DNA from: Geotalea uraniireducens Rf4
GTDB taxonomy: Bacteria > Desulfobacterota > Desulfuromonadia > Geobacterales > Geobacteraceae
DNA length: 32,000 nt
Direction: 5' to 3'
Assembly: GCF_000016745.1 (NCBI RefSeq)
Contig: NC_009483.1
Coordinates: 90,001-122,000 of the forward strand
Shown: positions 10,001 through 18,081 of the stretch, one piece after another
Numbering within the stretch: position 1 is the stretch's first letter
How the letters are laid out: each line of letters opens with the position of its first letter
The notes under the pieces: generated by a model
What the model was told of the DNA's origin: nothing
What the model saw: the letters and a program-made list of their open reading frames with translations, nothing else
Database searches by the model: none
Position numbers and translations under genes: made by a program

Positions 10001-13000
10001 GCGGCAAAGGCTCCTTTACCAAGGTCTGGGGCACTCCGGTTACAGCCGACTGTACCGGATGTCACGGCAACAACGCAGTCAGCTTTGCCCCGATCAGTTC
10101 CGGTCGGCACAAGTCCCACATCAACAATGCCGATCTCGGCAGCAACTACAACTGTACCGCCTGCCACGCCAAGACCATCAACGCCGATGAACGTTCCTTT
10201 TTCAACCGGAACCTCCACGGCAACGGTTATGTCGATTACTCCGGGGTGCAGGCGGGCAAGAGTCCGAGCTACGATCCGGCAACGGGTGCCTGTTCAGCCA
10301 CGTATTGCCATACCGACGGCAAAGGCAAGCAGAACGTTGCATTTGGCCTTACCAACGGCTGGAAGTCGGCAACAGTCTACAGCAACTGTGCAGGTTGCCA
10401 CGGAAACGATACGGCGCCCGCCTTCGGCAGCACCGCCGGCGAGCCGAACTATCCAAACGCCGGTGAATCGCAGCTGCGGGCCAACAGCCACGAGCGGCAC
10501 ATGGGTGGAGTTGGCGGAACAACCTGCGTCTACTGCCACAACGACACGGTGACGGCGGCTGGCTCTCTCAAGTCCGGCGCTTTCCATACCAACAGCACGC
10601 GTGATGTGGCGGCCGGCGGCGGCAAGAGCTTCAGCTATGACCCCGGCACCGGTACCTGCGCCAACATCAGCTGCCACGGTGGCCCGGCGCCCGCCAGGTG
10701 GGGACAGCTCTTCCCGGCCGACTGTACCGGGTGCCACGGCAACAACGCGCTGAGCTTCGCGCCGATGAGCTCGGGCAAACATAAGGCCCATATCAACAAC
10801 AAGATCGTGCTCGGCAAAGACTATGCGTGCGCCAACTGCCACGCCCTGACCGCCAATGCCGATGACCGGAGCATCGCCGACGCCTCGGTTCACGGCAACG
10901 GCTTCAAGAACTTTACATCACCGCTGGCCGGCAACAGGAACAGCTACACCACAGCGACCGGCGTCTGCTCCGCAAGTTACTGCCACACCGACGGCAAGGG
11001 GCAGCAGAACGTAGCGTTCACCAGCGGCAATGGCTGGAAATCTTCAGCGGCCGTACAGCTTGACTGCAAAGGGTGCCACGGCAACAATTCTCCGGCAGAC
11101 TTCGCCAGCGTGAACGGCGAACCGAACTACGCCAGCACCGGGGCCGATACGGCCCGCGCCAACAGTCACAAGAACCATGTGGACAGCGGTGCGGACAGCT
11201 GCGTATTCTGCCACGGCGCGACGGTGACGGCCGCGGGTGCGATCATTCAGGACAGCACTTCTCACGTTCTCAACAAGACCATCGATGTCATTGCCGGCGG
11301 AGGCAAGACCTTTGTTTACGGGGCAGGCAAGAACTGCAGCGACATCAGCTGCCATGGCGGCAAGGGTTCCTTCACCCAGACCTGGGGCGCTCCCATATCC
11401 GCAGACTGCACCGGTTGTCATGGCAACAATGCCGTAAGCTTTGCCCCGATCAGCTCGGGTCGTCACAAGTCCCATATGAACAACCTCGATCTCGGCTCCA
11501 ACTACAGCTGTACTGCATGCCATGCCAAGACAATCAATGCCGATGAGCGCTCCTTCGCCGACCGGAACCTCCATGGCAACGGCTATGTCGATTACTCCGG
11601 GGCACGGGCGGGCAAGAGCTCGAGCTACGACACGGCAACGGGAGCCTGCTCCGCCAGCTATTGCCACAGCGACGGCAAAGGGGCGCAGAATGTTGCGTTT
11701 GGCCTTGGCAATGGCTGGAAATCGACGACCGTCTTCAGCAACTGCGTGGGGTGCCACGGCAACGACACGGCACCTGACTTCTCCAGTGCAGCGGGCGAGC
11801 CTAACTACGCCACCCAGGGTGCCGGCCAGCCACGGGCCAACAGCCACAAGATCCACGTAGGTAGCGCTGGCGCAGCAACCTGCGTATATTGCCACACAAA
11901 CACGGTAAATACCGATGGCACGACCATCAAAGGGAACCACACCAATGGTGTGATCAGCTACGAGAATTCCGCCATTGCGGGCAAGACCTTCACGCCCGGC
12001 GCGGGGAAAACCTGTTCGAACATCAACTGTCACGGCTCCGGTTCACCGGCGGCAACATGGGGTGACACCCTCGGCTGCTCCGGCTGCCACGGCGGCAATG
12101 CGGGCAACGGCCCGATCAGCACCGGCAAGCACACGGCCCACATCAACAACCCGGACATCGGCAATAATCTCGGCTGCGCCGACTGCCACGCCAATGTTGT
12201 CAATACCGATACCTCCTTCAGCAACAGGATGCTGCACGCCAATGGCTTCGCCAACTACTCGGGCGTGATGGGGGGGAGCAGCAAGACTGCCTGCAACGCC
12301 GCATACTGCCACAGCGATGGAAAGGGAAGCACGGGTGTGGCGGTTGACTGGAATACCTCCCCGGCATTTTCCAACTGCATCGGCTGCCACGGTGCCGCAA
12401 CCGGCTCAGGTACCTTCGCCGCCACGGCAGGTGAGCCAAACTATCAGAACCAGGCCGGACTCCGGGCAAACAGTCACCAGAGCCACGCATCTGCCGGCGC
12501 ATCAAGCTGCGACACCTGCCATATCAATACCGTCGTCCCGACAGGCACCGCAATCAAGCCGGGATCGCTCCACCTGAACAGCTCCATTAACGTTGATTTC
12601 AACACAAGCAAGGCCGGATTATCTGCTTGGTATGATTCGCCGAACAAGACCTGTAACAATATAAGCTGTCACGGTTCGGGAACCCCAAAATGGGGTGACG
12701 CGTCTACTACCGGCTGTACGGCTTGTCATCCCAACCTCAGCGCGACCCATGCCAAGCATGTCGGTAATCTGTTCACCTCCGGCTCGGTTACTTTCTACAA
12801 CTTTACCGCCAACCGCTCCGTCGGTACCTATTATAGCTTCGGCTGCGCCAACTGCCATCCAACCGATCCGGCCAAACACCGCAACAGCTACATCGACATC
12901 ACGCTCAACAAAAACAAGGCAGGTGCCGGTTTCCTGTCGACCCTCAACAACCTGGTTAGTGACGATGCCAACGGCTACACCAGGGGAGGAGCAAACAACA

Positions 13001-13743
13001 TCAGCTGCGAAACGGTCTACTGCCATTCGAACGGCCGGACTCTCAGCCTCGCGGCCGGCGATTACAAGCAGACTCCAAACTGGTATGGCGGATCGTTTGG
13101 TAATAACCGTTGCGGCGGTTGCCACGATAACCCGCCCCAGTATGCCGGTCAGTCCCATTACGTGGCAGCGTCCAGCATGGGCAATAACGGTTCGCCTCCC
13201 TATAAGGAGAGCGGCCACATGGTCGGCATCCACTTCCGCAACAACTCCAGGGGGAACAATCTGAACGGTTTCCTCGGTTACTCCTCGAGCGGGAGCATGG
13301 CCCACGGCAATCCTGCCATGGCGACGACCATCAGCTGCTATACCTGCCACAGCGGCATCGTGGACAGTACGCAGATCGATACCTACGCCATGACCGGTAC
13401 CGGCAGCTACTTCCGTTGCGCCAACTGCCATACCTCGAACAGCAGAACACCGCTGCAGCCGGGCCAGATCGTCAACACCGCCCTGCACATCAACGGCACC
13501 AAGAATGTCGCCTTTGCGCCGATTACATTTAAAACCAAGGCCCAGTTGGCCAATGTTGGCAATGCCCTTGGCTGGTCTCGCAACAGCAACTACAAGGCGG
13601 ATGATTCCTATGACAGCTCTGACCTGAGCATCTCCACCTGGGATGTCCAGACCAAGACGTGCCTCACGGCGTGCCATGTGAACCAGCCCGGCATCACCTG
13701 GGGTGCGCAGCTGAAGTGTGTAAGCTGCCACGCCAACCAGTAG
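7075..13743 (+). CDS. Giant multihaem c-type cytochrome 1 (~2222 aa, ~56 CXnCH motifs), Geobacter CxxxxCH...CxxCH-repeat type
   Basis: ATG 7075 with GGAG at 7062-7065; the TTG at 7033 used by the ORF track has no RBS. The N-terminus has a charged stretch, a hydrophobic helix (VMAVVGMAILIIGFFI) and ATANA|AAP, which reads as a Sec signal or anchor with no lipobox Cys. Hand count: 38 CxxCH, 16 Cx4CH and 2 Cx3CH. Stop is TAG at 13741-13743. Confidence 0.93.
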   Translation: MRHRIVGNVAAESSKARISVMAVVGMAILIIGFFIADNISPATANAAAPQLIHNSVNSASGKYGTWGTEYTCGTCHNKLAKNNIKYVNYTIATPTGKRRVIFDRYTATSNAVTGVFGNDLRTSYVDGSRNVCEVCHHRTIYHNYSATKLVQTGNSLTHPEHKSNKKDCNACHKHNLGYRPPQPGLCTDCHGVPPTNPSQLISNALGPIPPVDAGAHGTHRSQEGMECSTCHNNFGHGLLGNSMIEFGFRIDRKTWTAFSGISTVMSGTITATDNAAFNNNFAVAPGNPGTVLNRTTAWGTTCSVYCHGDGWAAPSGKALTGEISWANGPLGSCSVAACHGTTSANPPNPGIPGAHTRHVGDLQLACTKCHPDYVSPHMVNGHVTWNMSGQGAAATYKGYQHFSTATLPGVAPYGDCDNIYCHSNVQPQGGVGGPDNYKLVRWGSSTTLTCDGCHGGKRTDAAPIGTGAHPKHISNYAYVCGDCHFGAGADGTLMNHLNNNVEVVFNTYSGSYGQMPTNTPGNGYDNCSANYCHSDGKGNKRVIGWGTAGPLACTACHKADQAGNAVNTGKHTAHVDNAGFLGTNYGCVTCHANTVSDNTTISNISKHVNKLADYSGARAGRYNSSTGTCSVSYCHSDGKGGSPAIAVSWKDGSVINDCKGCHGNSSGGTFVSASGEPNYANTGADTTFANSHDRHMGGVGMSTCVYCHNDTVSDTGLKTNTFHLNGSKNVAAGGGKSFTYLGNRTCSNISCHGGPSSIKWGQSLPADCTGCHGNNALSFAPISSGKHKAHMNNETVLGKNSRCATCHALTANSDDRSIADVSVHGNGFKNYTGSLAGSRSSYSTATGVCSASYCHTDGKGVQNLPFTSLNGWKSTATLDCTGCHGNSSPADFASTAGEPNYVSAGAGTLRANDHKNHVDSGAASCVFCHADTASVTGSIFLNSSTHVNRRIDVKAGNGKTFTYSAGKTCGDISCHGGKGSFTKVWGTPVTADCTGCHGNNAVSFAPISSGRHKSHINNADLGSNYNCTACHAKTINADERSFFNRNLHGNGYVDYSGVQAGKSPSYDPATGACSATYCHTDGKGKQNVAFGLTNGWKSATVYSNCAGCHGNDTAPAFGSTAGEPNYPNAGESQLRANSHERHMGGVGGTTCVYCHNDTVTAAGSLKSGAFHTNSTRDVAAGGGKSFSYDPGTGTCANISCHGGPAPARWGQLFPADCTGCHGNNALSFAPMSSGKHKAHINNKIVLGKDYACANCHALTANADDRSIADASVHGNGFKNFTSPLAGNRNSYTTATGVCSASYCHTDGKGQQNVAFTSGNGWKSSAAVQLDCKGCHGNNSPADFASVNGEPNYASTGADTARANSHKNHVDSGADSCVFCHGATVTAAGAIIQDSTSHVLNKTIDVIAGGGKTFVYGAGKNCSDISCHGGKGSFTQTWGAPISADCTGCHGNNAVSFAPISSGRHKSHMNNLDLGSNYSCTACHAKTINADERSFADRNLHGNGYVDYSGARAGKSSSYDTATGACSASYCHSDGKGAQNVAFGLGNGWKSTTVFSNCVGCHGNDTAPDFSSAAGEPNYATQGAGQPRANSHKIHVGSAGAATCVYCHTNTVNTDGTTIKGNHTNGVISYENSAIAGKTFTPGAGKTCSNINCHGSGSPAATWGDTLGCSGCHGGNAGNGPISTGKHTAHINNPDIGNNLGCADCHANVVNTDTSFSNRMLHANGFANYSGVMGGSSKTACNAAYCHSDGKGSTGVAVDWNTSPAFSNCIGCHGAATGSGTFAATAGEPNYQNQAGLRANSHQSHASAGASSCDTCHINTVVPTGTAIKPGSLHLNSSINVDFNTSKAGLSAWYDSPNKTCNNISCHGSGTPKWGDASTTGCTACHPNLSATHAKHVGNLFTSGSVTFYNFTANRSVGTYYSFGCANCHPTDPAKHRNSYIDITLNKNKAGAGFLSTLNNLVSDDANGYTRGGANNISCETVYCHSNGRTLSLAAGDYKQTPNWYGGSFGNNRCGGCHDNPPQYAGQSHYVAASSMGNNGSPPYKESGHMVGIHFRNNSRGNNLNGFLGYSSSGSMAHGNPAMATTISCYTCHSGIVDSTQIDTYAMTGTGSYFRCANCHTSNSRTPLQPGQIVNTALHINGTKNVAFAPITFKTKAQLANVGNALGWSRNSNYKADDSYDSSDLSISTWDVQTKTCLTACHVNQPGITWGAQLKCVSCHANQ
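8731..12714 (+). repeat. Six tandem coding modules (~215-228 aa, six haem motifs each) inside cytochrome 1; modules 1-4 form an A-B-A-B higher-order duplication
   Basis: The first Cys codon of each module falls at 8731, 9376, 10051, 10723, 11407 and 12076, giving periods of 645, 675, 672, 684 and 669 nt. Modules at 9376 and 10723 share ..CHGNNALSFAP(I/M)SSGKHKAH... Modules at 10051 and 11407 share ..CHGNNAVSFAPISSGRHKSH... So 9376-10722 is duplicated as 10723-12075. Confidence 0.9.
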
Positions 13744-13751
13744 GGGGGAAC

Positions 13752-16700
13752 ATGAGTACGTTGATATCCGGGATTAAAGGTAAAGTGACCATGATGATGA
13801 TAAGACAGAATCCCAAGATGGGTGTGCAGAGAATAAAGCGGGTGGGATGGTTGTCCGCCACTATCCTCGGTCTTTTCTTTGCTTCCGTTATCAGTGTCCG
13901 GGCAGCTGACCTTCTTCATAACAGTGCCGATACCGCATCGAAAAAATGGCAGGCCCAGGGAGGCTGGGGTGTAACAGGGGGGAAGTATGGCAAGTTCGAT
14001 TGCGCTACCTGCCATGAACCCGATGCGGCCAACCTCAGGAACATCCGTAAAACCATAACCACCCAGAACGGAGAAAGCTGGCCAAGCGGCTCGCCTTCGG
14101 TAGATGTAACCTTTCTCAACTCCACAAGCATGGGCTATGACAAGGGGGGGCACGCAGCTTCCAGCCGCATATGTGAGGTCTGCCACAGTGCCAACCAGTT
14201 CCATAACTTCAATACCGCCAATAACACGGGCGGCCTTTCACATCCGACGCCCAATGCGGTCTGTACTTCCTGCCACAAGCATAACACCGGCTTCAAGGCG
14301 GCCTGTGGCGGGTGCCACGGCAACCCTCCCACTGCTGCCGTACTTGGCGGTGATTACGGCCTGATCGGCACTCCCCGCGCCTCCAACGCCATGGCTGCCG
14401 GACAGGTGGGTGCCCATGCCACCCACACCCAGACCCGCAACATGGTTTGCGACACCTGTCACTATATCAACAACGGCACCATCAAGATGCCCAATCTGAG
14501 CAACACCATCGATATCGGCTTTTATGGTTTTGGCGGCAAGGTAACCAGCGGCACCTATGTTCCCTATTCTTCCACCAGTCGTGGCTACCGCATTGCCTCG
14601 GGCACAGCCAATACGACCATGGCAACGGTGGTAACCAGCTATGCCAATGCAAACAAATGTTCCGGGGTCTACTGCCATGGCGGCGGGGTGAAAGTAGGAG
14701 CTACCCAGGTAAAAGCACCGCTTACCGGGGGTAACAATATTGCCCCGCAATGGACCGCGGTTTCCCAGAACCAGTGCGGCAGCTGCCATGGAGTAGATGC
14801 CGCCAGCCCGCCGACAATGGGGAGCCATGTCAAGCACGTGGTGCCGGTCTGGTCGGCCCAGAGCGGCAACTGCGACCTCTGTCATCCGGCCATAGACATG
14901 TCCCACGTCCAGGGAAGCTTGCGCTGGGAGATGAAGGTAACTGACGCCAGAGTCGGCGCAAATGCAACATACAAAGGTCTGGACAAGGGTGCTACCGGAG
15001 ACTTGGCCCCCAGCGACACCTACGGCCAATGCACAAACGTTGCCTGCCACACCGACGGCAAGGGGGGAGCACCGAGGCTGGATGCCACCTGGGGGAGCAG
15101 CACCTTCAATGCCGATTGTTCAGGTTGCCATGGCGGCAATGCCGGAAGTAGCGCACCCATTGCCTCCGATATGCACGGACAGCACATCAACCAGATCGGA
15201 GTAAACGGCGTCAACTTCGGCTGCGTCGAGTGTCATGCCCAGACAGTAACAGCTGACAGAACAATCGGTGTTCTTGGCAATCACCTTAATCAGCTTGTCA
15301 ACTATTCCGGGGCCAGGGCGGGCAAAAACAAGGCTGCCTGCAACAGTGCCTATTGCCACAGCGATGGCAAGGGGAATGCCGGCATGGCAGTCAGCTGGTC
15401 TGGTGGAACCCCCATCGATAACTGTATCGGCTGTCACGGCTCAGCCAGCCCTGCCGATTTTGCAAGTGTCTATGGCGAGCCCAATTATGCGAGTACCGGT
15501 GGTGGTGCAGCACGGGGCAACAGCCATAAAAAGCATGTGGCCGCCGGTTCCGCCAGCTGTATCTACTGCCATGGCGGAACCGTAACAGGAACAGGCGCTT
15601 TGACAGGTGCCAATCATATCGACATGACTATCCAGGTGGCCCCCGGTGGTGGCGAGAGTTTCGGCTATCCGGGAGGCAAGACCTGCTCGACCATTTCCTG
15701 CCATGGTTCAGGCTCTCCCAATGCCGTCTGGGGCGCCACCCTGCCGGCCGACTGTACCGGCTGTCACGGCGGCAATGCAGCAGTGGCACCCAATGACATC
15801 AAGACCGGCCAGCATACCCGGCACATTAACAATGTATCGGTGAACGGAGTGAATTACGGTTGTGCCGAATGTCATGCCCAGACGGTAAATGCCGATCTGA
15901 CGATCAGCAATTCCACCCTCCATGTCAATAAGTTTACCAACTATTCCGGAGCCCGCGCCGGCAAAAACACGGCTGCCTGCAATGCCGCTTACTGCCATTC
16001 AGACGGAAAAGGGAGCGCAGGCATCGCGGTAAACTGGGCAACAGGACCGGCCATAGACAACTGCACAGGTTGCCATGGTGCAGCCAGTCCGGCGGATTTT
16101 GCCAGTGTTTACGGCGAGCCGAACTACGCCGGCACCGGTAGTGGAGCCGAGCGCGCCAACAGCCATAAGAAGCATGTGGGAACTTCAGGCTCTTCCACCT
16201 GTATCTATTGTCATGCAGGGACAGTGGCTGTGGACGGCAAACTTGCCGGCGCCAATCATATGGATAAATCTATCCAGGTCTCACCGGGCGGAGGGAAGGA
16301 TTTCGGTTATCCCGGCGGCAAGACCTGTTCAAACATTACCTGTCACGGTGCCGGTTCACCAGATGCGGTCTGGGGTGCGACCATGCCTGTCGACTGCACC
16401 GGTTGCCACGGCGGCAACAGCGCCAGTTTCAAACCGATCTCCTCGAACATGCATAAACCACACGTGAGCCAGTCCGGCTTGAATGGGGAGAATTACGGTT
16501 GTGTCGAGTGCCATGCCCAGACGGTCAATGGAGACCGGTTGGTGTCGAATCAGGGCAACCACGGCAACCAGTTCCCCAACTATTCCGGTGCCAGGGCAGG
16601 CAAGATTGTTGCGTCCTGCAACGCCTCCTACTGCCATGGCGACGGCAAGGGGAGCGCCGGTATGGCTGTAAGCTGGGCGGGCGGCACCCCCATAAACAAT

Positions 16701-18068
16701 TGCATCGGCTGTCACGGTGCTGCCAGTCCGGCCGACTTCACAAGCATTGCCGGCGAGCCGAACTATGCAAACGCCGGTATCGGCCTCTACAAGGCCAACA
16801 GCCACAGGAGCCATACTGCGGCCGGCGCCTCCACCTGTGAAACATGCCACATCAATACGGTGACCACTGACGGTACGGCCATACTCGGGACCGGCCTCCA
16901 CATCGACAGGTCCATCAACGTCAACTTCAATACAACCAAGGCCGGTGCCACGGCCAACTACGATCCTGTTACCCGGACCTGCAACAACATTTCCTGCCAC
17001 GGCGGCGGGAACCCCAGATGGGGCGATATCAGCGCCGGATGCAGTGCCTGCCACCCGAATCCGGCAGGGCTCCACACCGTACATATCCGCGATATGCTCT
17101 CGGCCGGCATGGTTGCATTTTATAACTTCACCGGCAATCGTTCCGTTGGTACATACTATCGCTTTGGTTGCGCGAACTGCCACCCGACCGATACCGCGAA
17201 ACACCGTAACGGCCAAGTCGAAGTGACTTTCAACAAGAACAAGGCTGGCGCAGGCTATCTCACAACCCTCAACAATCTGGTCAGCGACGATACCGGTGGC
17301 TACACCAAGGGGGGAGCCAACAATTTCACCTGCGAGACAGTCTACTGCCACTCGAACGGCCGAACCCTTTCACTCGTTGCCGGAGACTACCGGCAGACCC
17401 CCAACTGGTACGGCGGCAGCTTTGGCGGCAACCGTTGCGGCGGCTGCCACGACAATCCGCCCCAGTACGCCGGTCAGTCCCATTACGTTGCCGAGTCCAG
17501 TCTTGGTGACAACGGGACCCCCCCATATGCGGAGAGCGGTCACATGGTCGGCATCCACTTCATGAATACCTATGTGGGTAACAATATGAACGGTTATCTC
17601 GGCTATTCTTCCAGCGGGAGCATGGCCCATGGCAACCCGGCCCTGGCGACGACCATCAGCTGCTACACCTGCCATAGCGGTATCGTGAGCAGCTCGCAGA
17701 TCGACACCTATGCAATGAGCGGCACCAGCAGCAATTTCCGCTGCGAGGCCTGCCACACCTCGAGCAGCAGAACGCGACTGCAGCCGGGCGAGATTGTCAA
17801 CGCGTCCCTCCACATAAATGGTGCCAAGGATGTGGCGTTTGCTCCCATCAGTATAAAAACCAAGGCCCAATTAGCCAATGTTGCCAATGCTCTCGGCTGG
17901 TCACGTAGCGGTAACTACAAGGCAGATACTTCTTACGACAGTGCCGATCTGAGCGTTGCCACCTGGAATGCCCAGACCAAAACATGCCTCACCGCGTGCC
18001 ACGTAAATCAACCGGACATTACATGGGGTGCGCAGCTTAAGTGTGTGAGTTGTCACGCGAACCAGTAA
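13752..18068 (+). CDS. Giant multihaem c-type cytochrome 2 (~1438 aa, ~35 CXnCH motifs)
   Basis: ATG 13752 lies 8 nt after the cytochrome 1 stop and is preceded by GGGGGG (13744-13749). The listed start at 13659 would overlap cytochrome 1. Signal peptide ..WLSATILGLFFASVISVRA|ADLLHNS. Hand count: 25 CxxCH, 9 Cx4CH and 1 Cx3CH. Stop is TAA at 18066-18068. Confidence 0.92.
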   Translation: MSTLISGIKGKVTMMMIRQNPKMGVQRIKRVGWLSATILGLFFASVISVRAADLLHNSADTASKKWQAQGGWGVTGGKYGKFDCATCHEPDAANLRNIRKTITTQNGESWPSGSPSVDVTFLNSTSMGYDKGGHAASSRICEVCHSANQFHNFNTANNTGGLSHPTPNAVCTSCHKHNTGFKAACGGCHGNPPTAAVLGGDYGLIGTPRASNAMAAGQVGAHATHTQTRNMVCDTCHYINNGTIKMPNLSNTIDIGFYGFGGKVTSGTYVPYSSTSRGYRIASGTANTTMATVVTSYANANKCSGVYCHGGGVKVGATQVKAPLTGGNNIAPQWTAVSQNQCGSCHGVDAASPPTMGSHVKHVVPVWSAQSGNCDLCHPAIDMSHVQGSLRWEMKVTDARVGANATYKGLDKGATGDLAPSDTYGQCTNVACHTDGKGGAPRLDATWGSSTFNADCSGCHGGNAGSSAPIASDMHGQHINQIGVNGVNFGCVECHAQTVTADRTIGVLGNHLNQLVNYSGARAGKNKAACNSAYCHSDGKGNAGMAVSWSGGTPIDNCIGCHGSASPADFASVYGEPNYASTGGGAARGNSHKKHVAAGSASCIYCHGGTVTGTGALTGANHIDMTIQVAPGGGESFGYPGGKTCSTISCHGSGSPNAVWGATLPADCTGCHGGNAAVAPNDIKTGQHTRHINNVSVNGVNYGCAECHAQTVNADLTISNSTLHVNKFTNYSGARAGKNTAACNAAYCHSDGKGSAGIAVNWATGPAIDNCTGCHGAASPADFASVYGEPNYAGTGSGAERANSHKKHVGTSGSSTCIYCHAGTVAVDGKLAGANHMDKSIQVSPGGGKDFGYPGGKTCSNITCHGAGSPDAVWGATMPVDCTGCHGGNSASFKPISSNMHKPHVSQSGLNGENYGCVECHAQTVNGDRLVSNQGNHGNQFPNYSGARAGKIVASCNASYCHGDGKGSAGMAVSWAGGTPINNCIGCHGAASPADFTSIAGEPNYANAGIGLYKANSHRSHTAAGASTCETCHINTVTTDGTAILGTGLHIDRSINVNFNTTKAGATANYDPVTRTCNNISCHGGGNPRWGDISAGCSACHPNPAGLHTVHIRDMLSAGMVAFYNFTGNRSVGTYYRFGCANCHPTDTAKHRNGQVEVTFNKNKAGAGYLTTLNNLVSDDTGGYTKGGANNFTCETVYCHSNGRTLSLVAGDYRQTPNWYGGSFGGNRCGGCHDNPPQYAGQSHYVAESSLGDNGTPPYAESGHMVGIHFMNTYVGNNMNGYLGYSSSGSMAHGNPALATTISCYTCHSGIVSSSQIDTYAMSGTSSNFRCEACHTSSSRTRLQPGEIVNASLHINGAKDVAFAPISIKTKAQLANVANALGWSRSGNYKADTSYDSADLSVATWNAQTKTCLTACHVNQPDITWGAQLKCVSCHANQ
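15117..17039 (+). repeat. Three tandem six-motif haem modules (~212-215 aa) inside cytochrome 2
   Basis: Module-initial Cys codons are at 15117, 15753 and 16395 (periods 636 and 642 nt). Each module reads ..DC(S/T)GCHGGN...H..H...GC(V/A)ECHAQTV...NYSGARAGK...C N(S/A)(A/S)YCH(S/G)DGKG...NC(I/T)GCHG(S/A)ASPADF(A/T)S..GEPNYA....NSH(K/R)(K/S)H...C(I/E)(Y/T)CH...H(I/M)D..I.V...GG...C S(T/N)I(S/T)CHG. Confidence 0.9.
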
Positions 18069-18081
18069 GAGGGGAAGGCAC

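Noticed and set aside
13659-13751. Upstream extension of cytochrome 2 (track start 13659), and TTG 7033 as the start of cytochrome 1.
   Set aside because: 13659-13751 overlaps the conserved C-terminal codons of cytochrome 1, and ATG 13752 has a G-rich RBS. For cytochrome 1, ATG 7075 has GGAG at proper spacing whereas 7033 has none.
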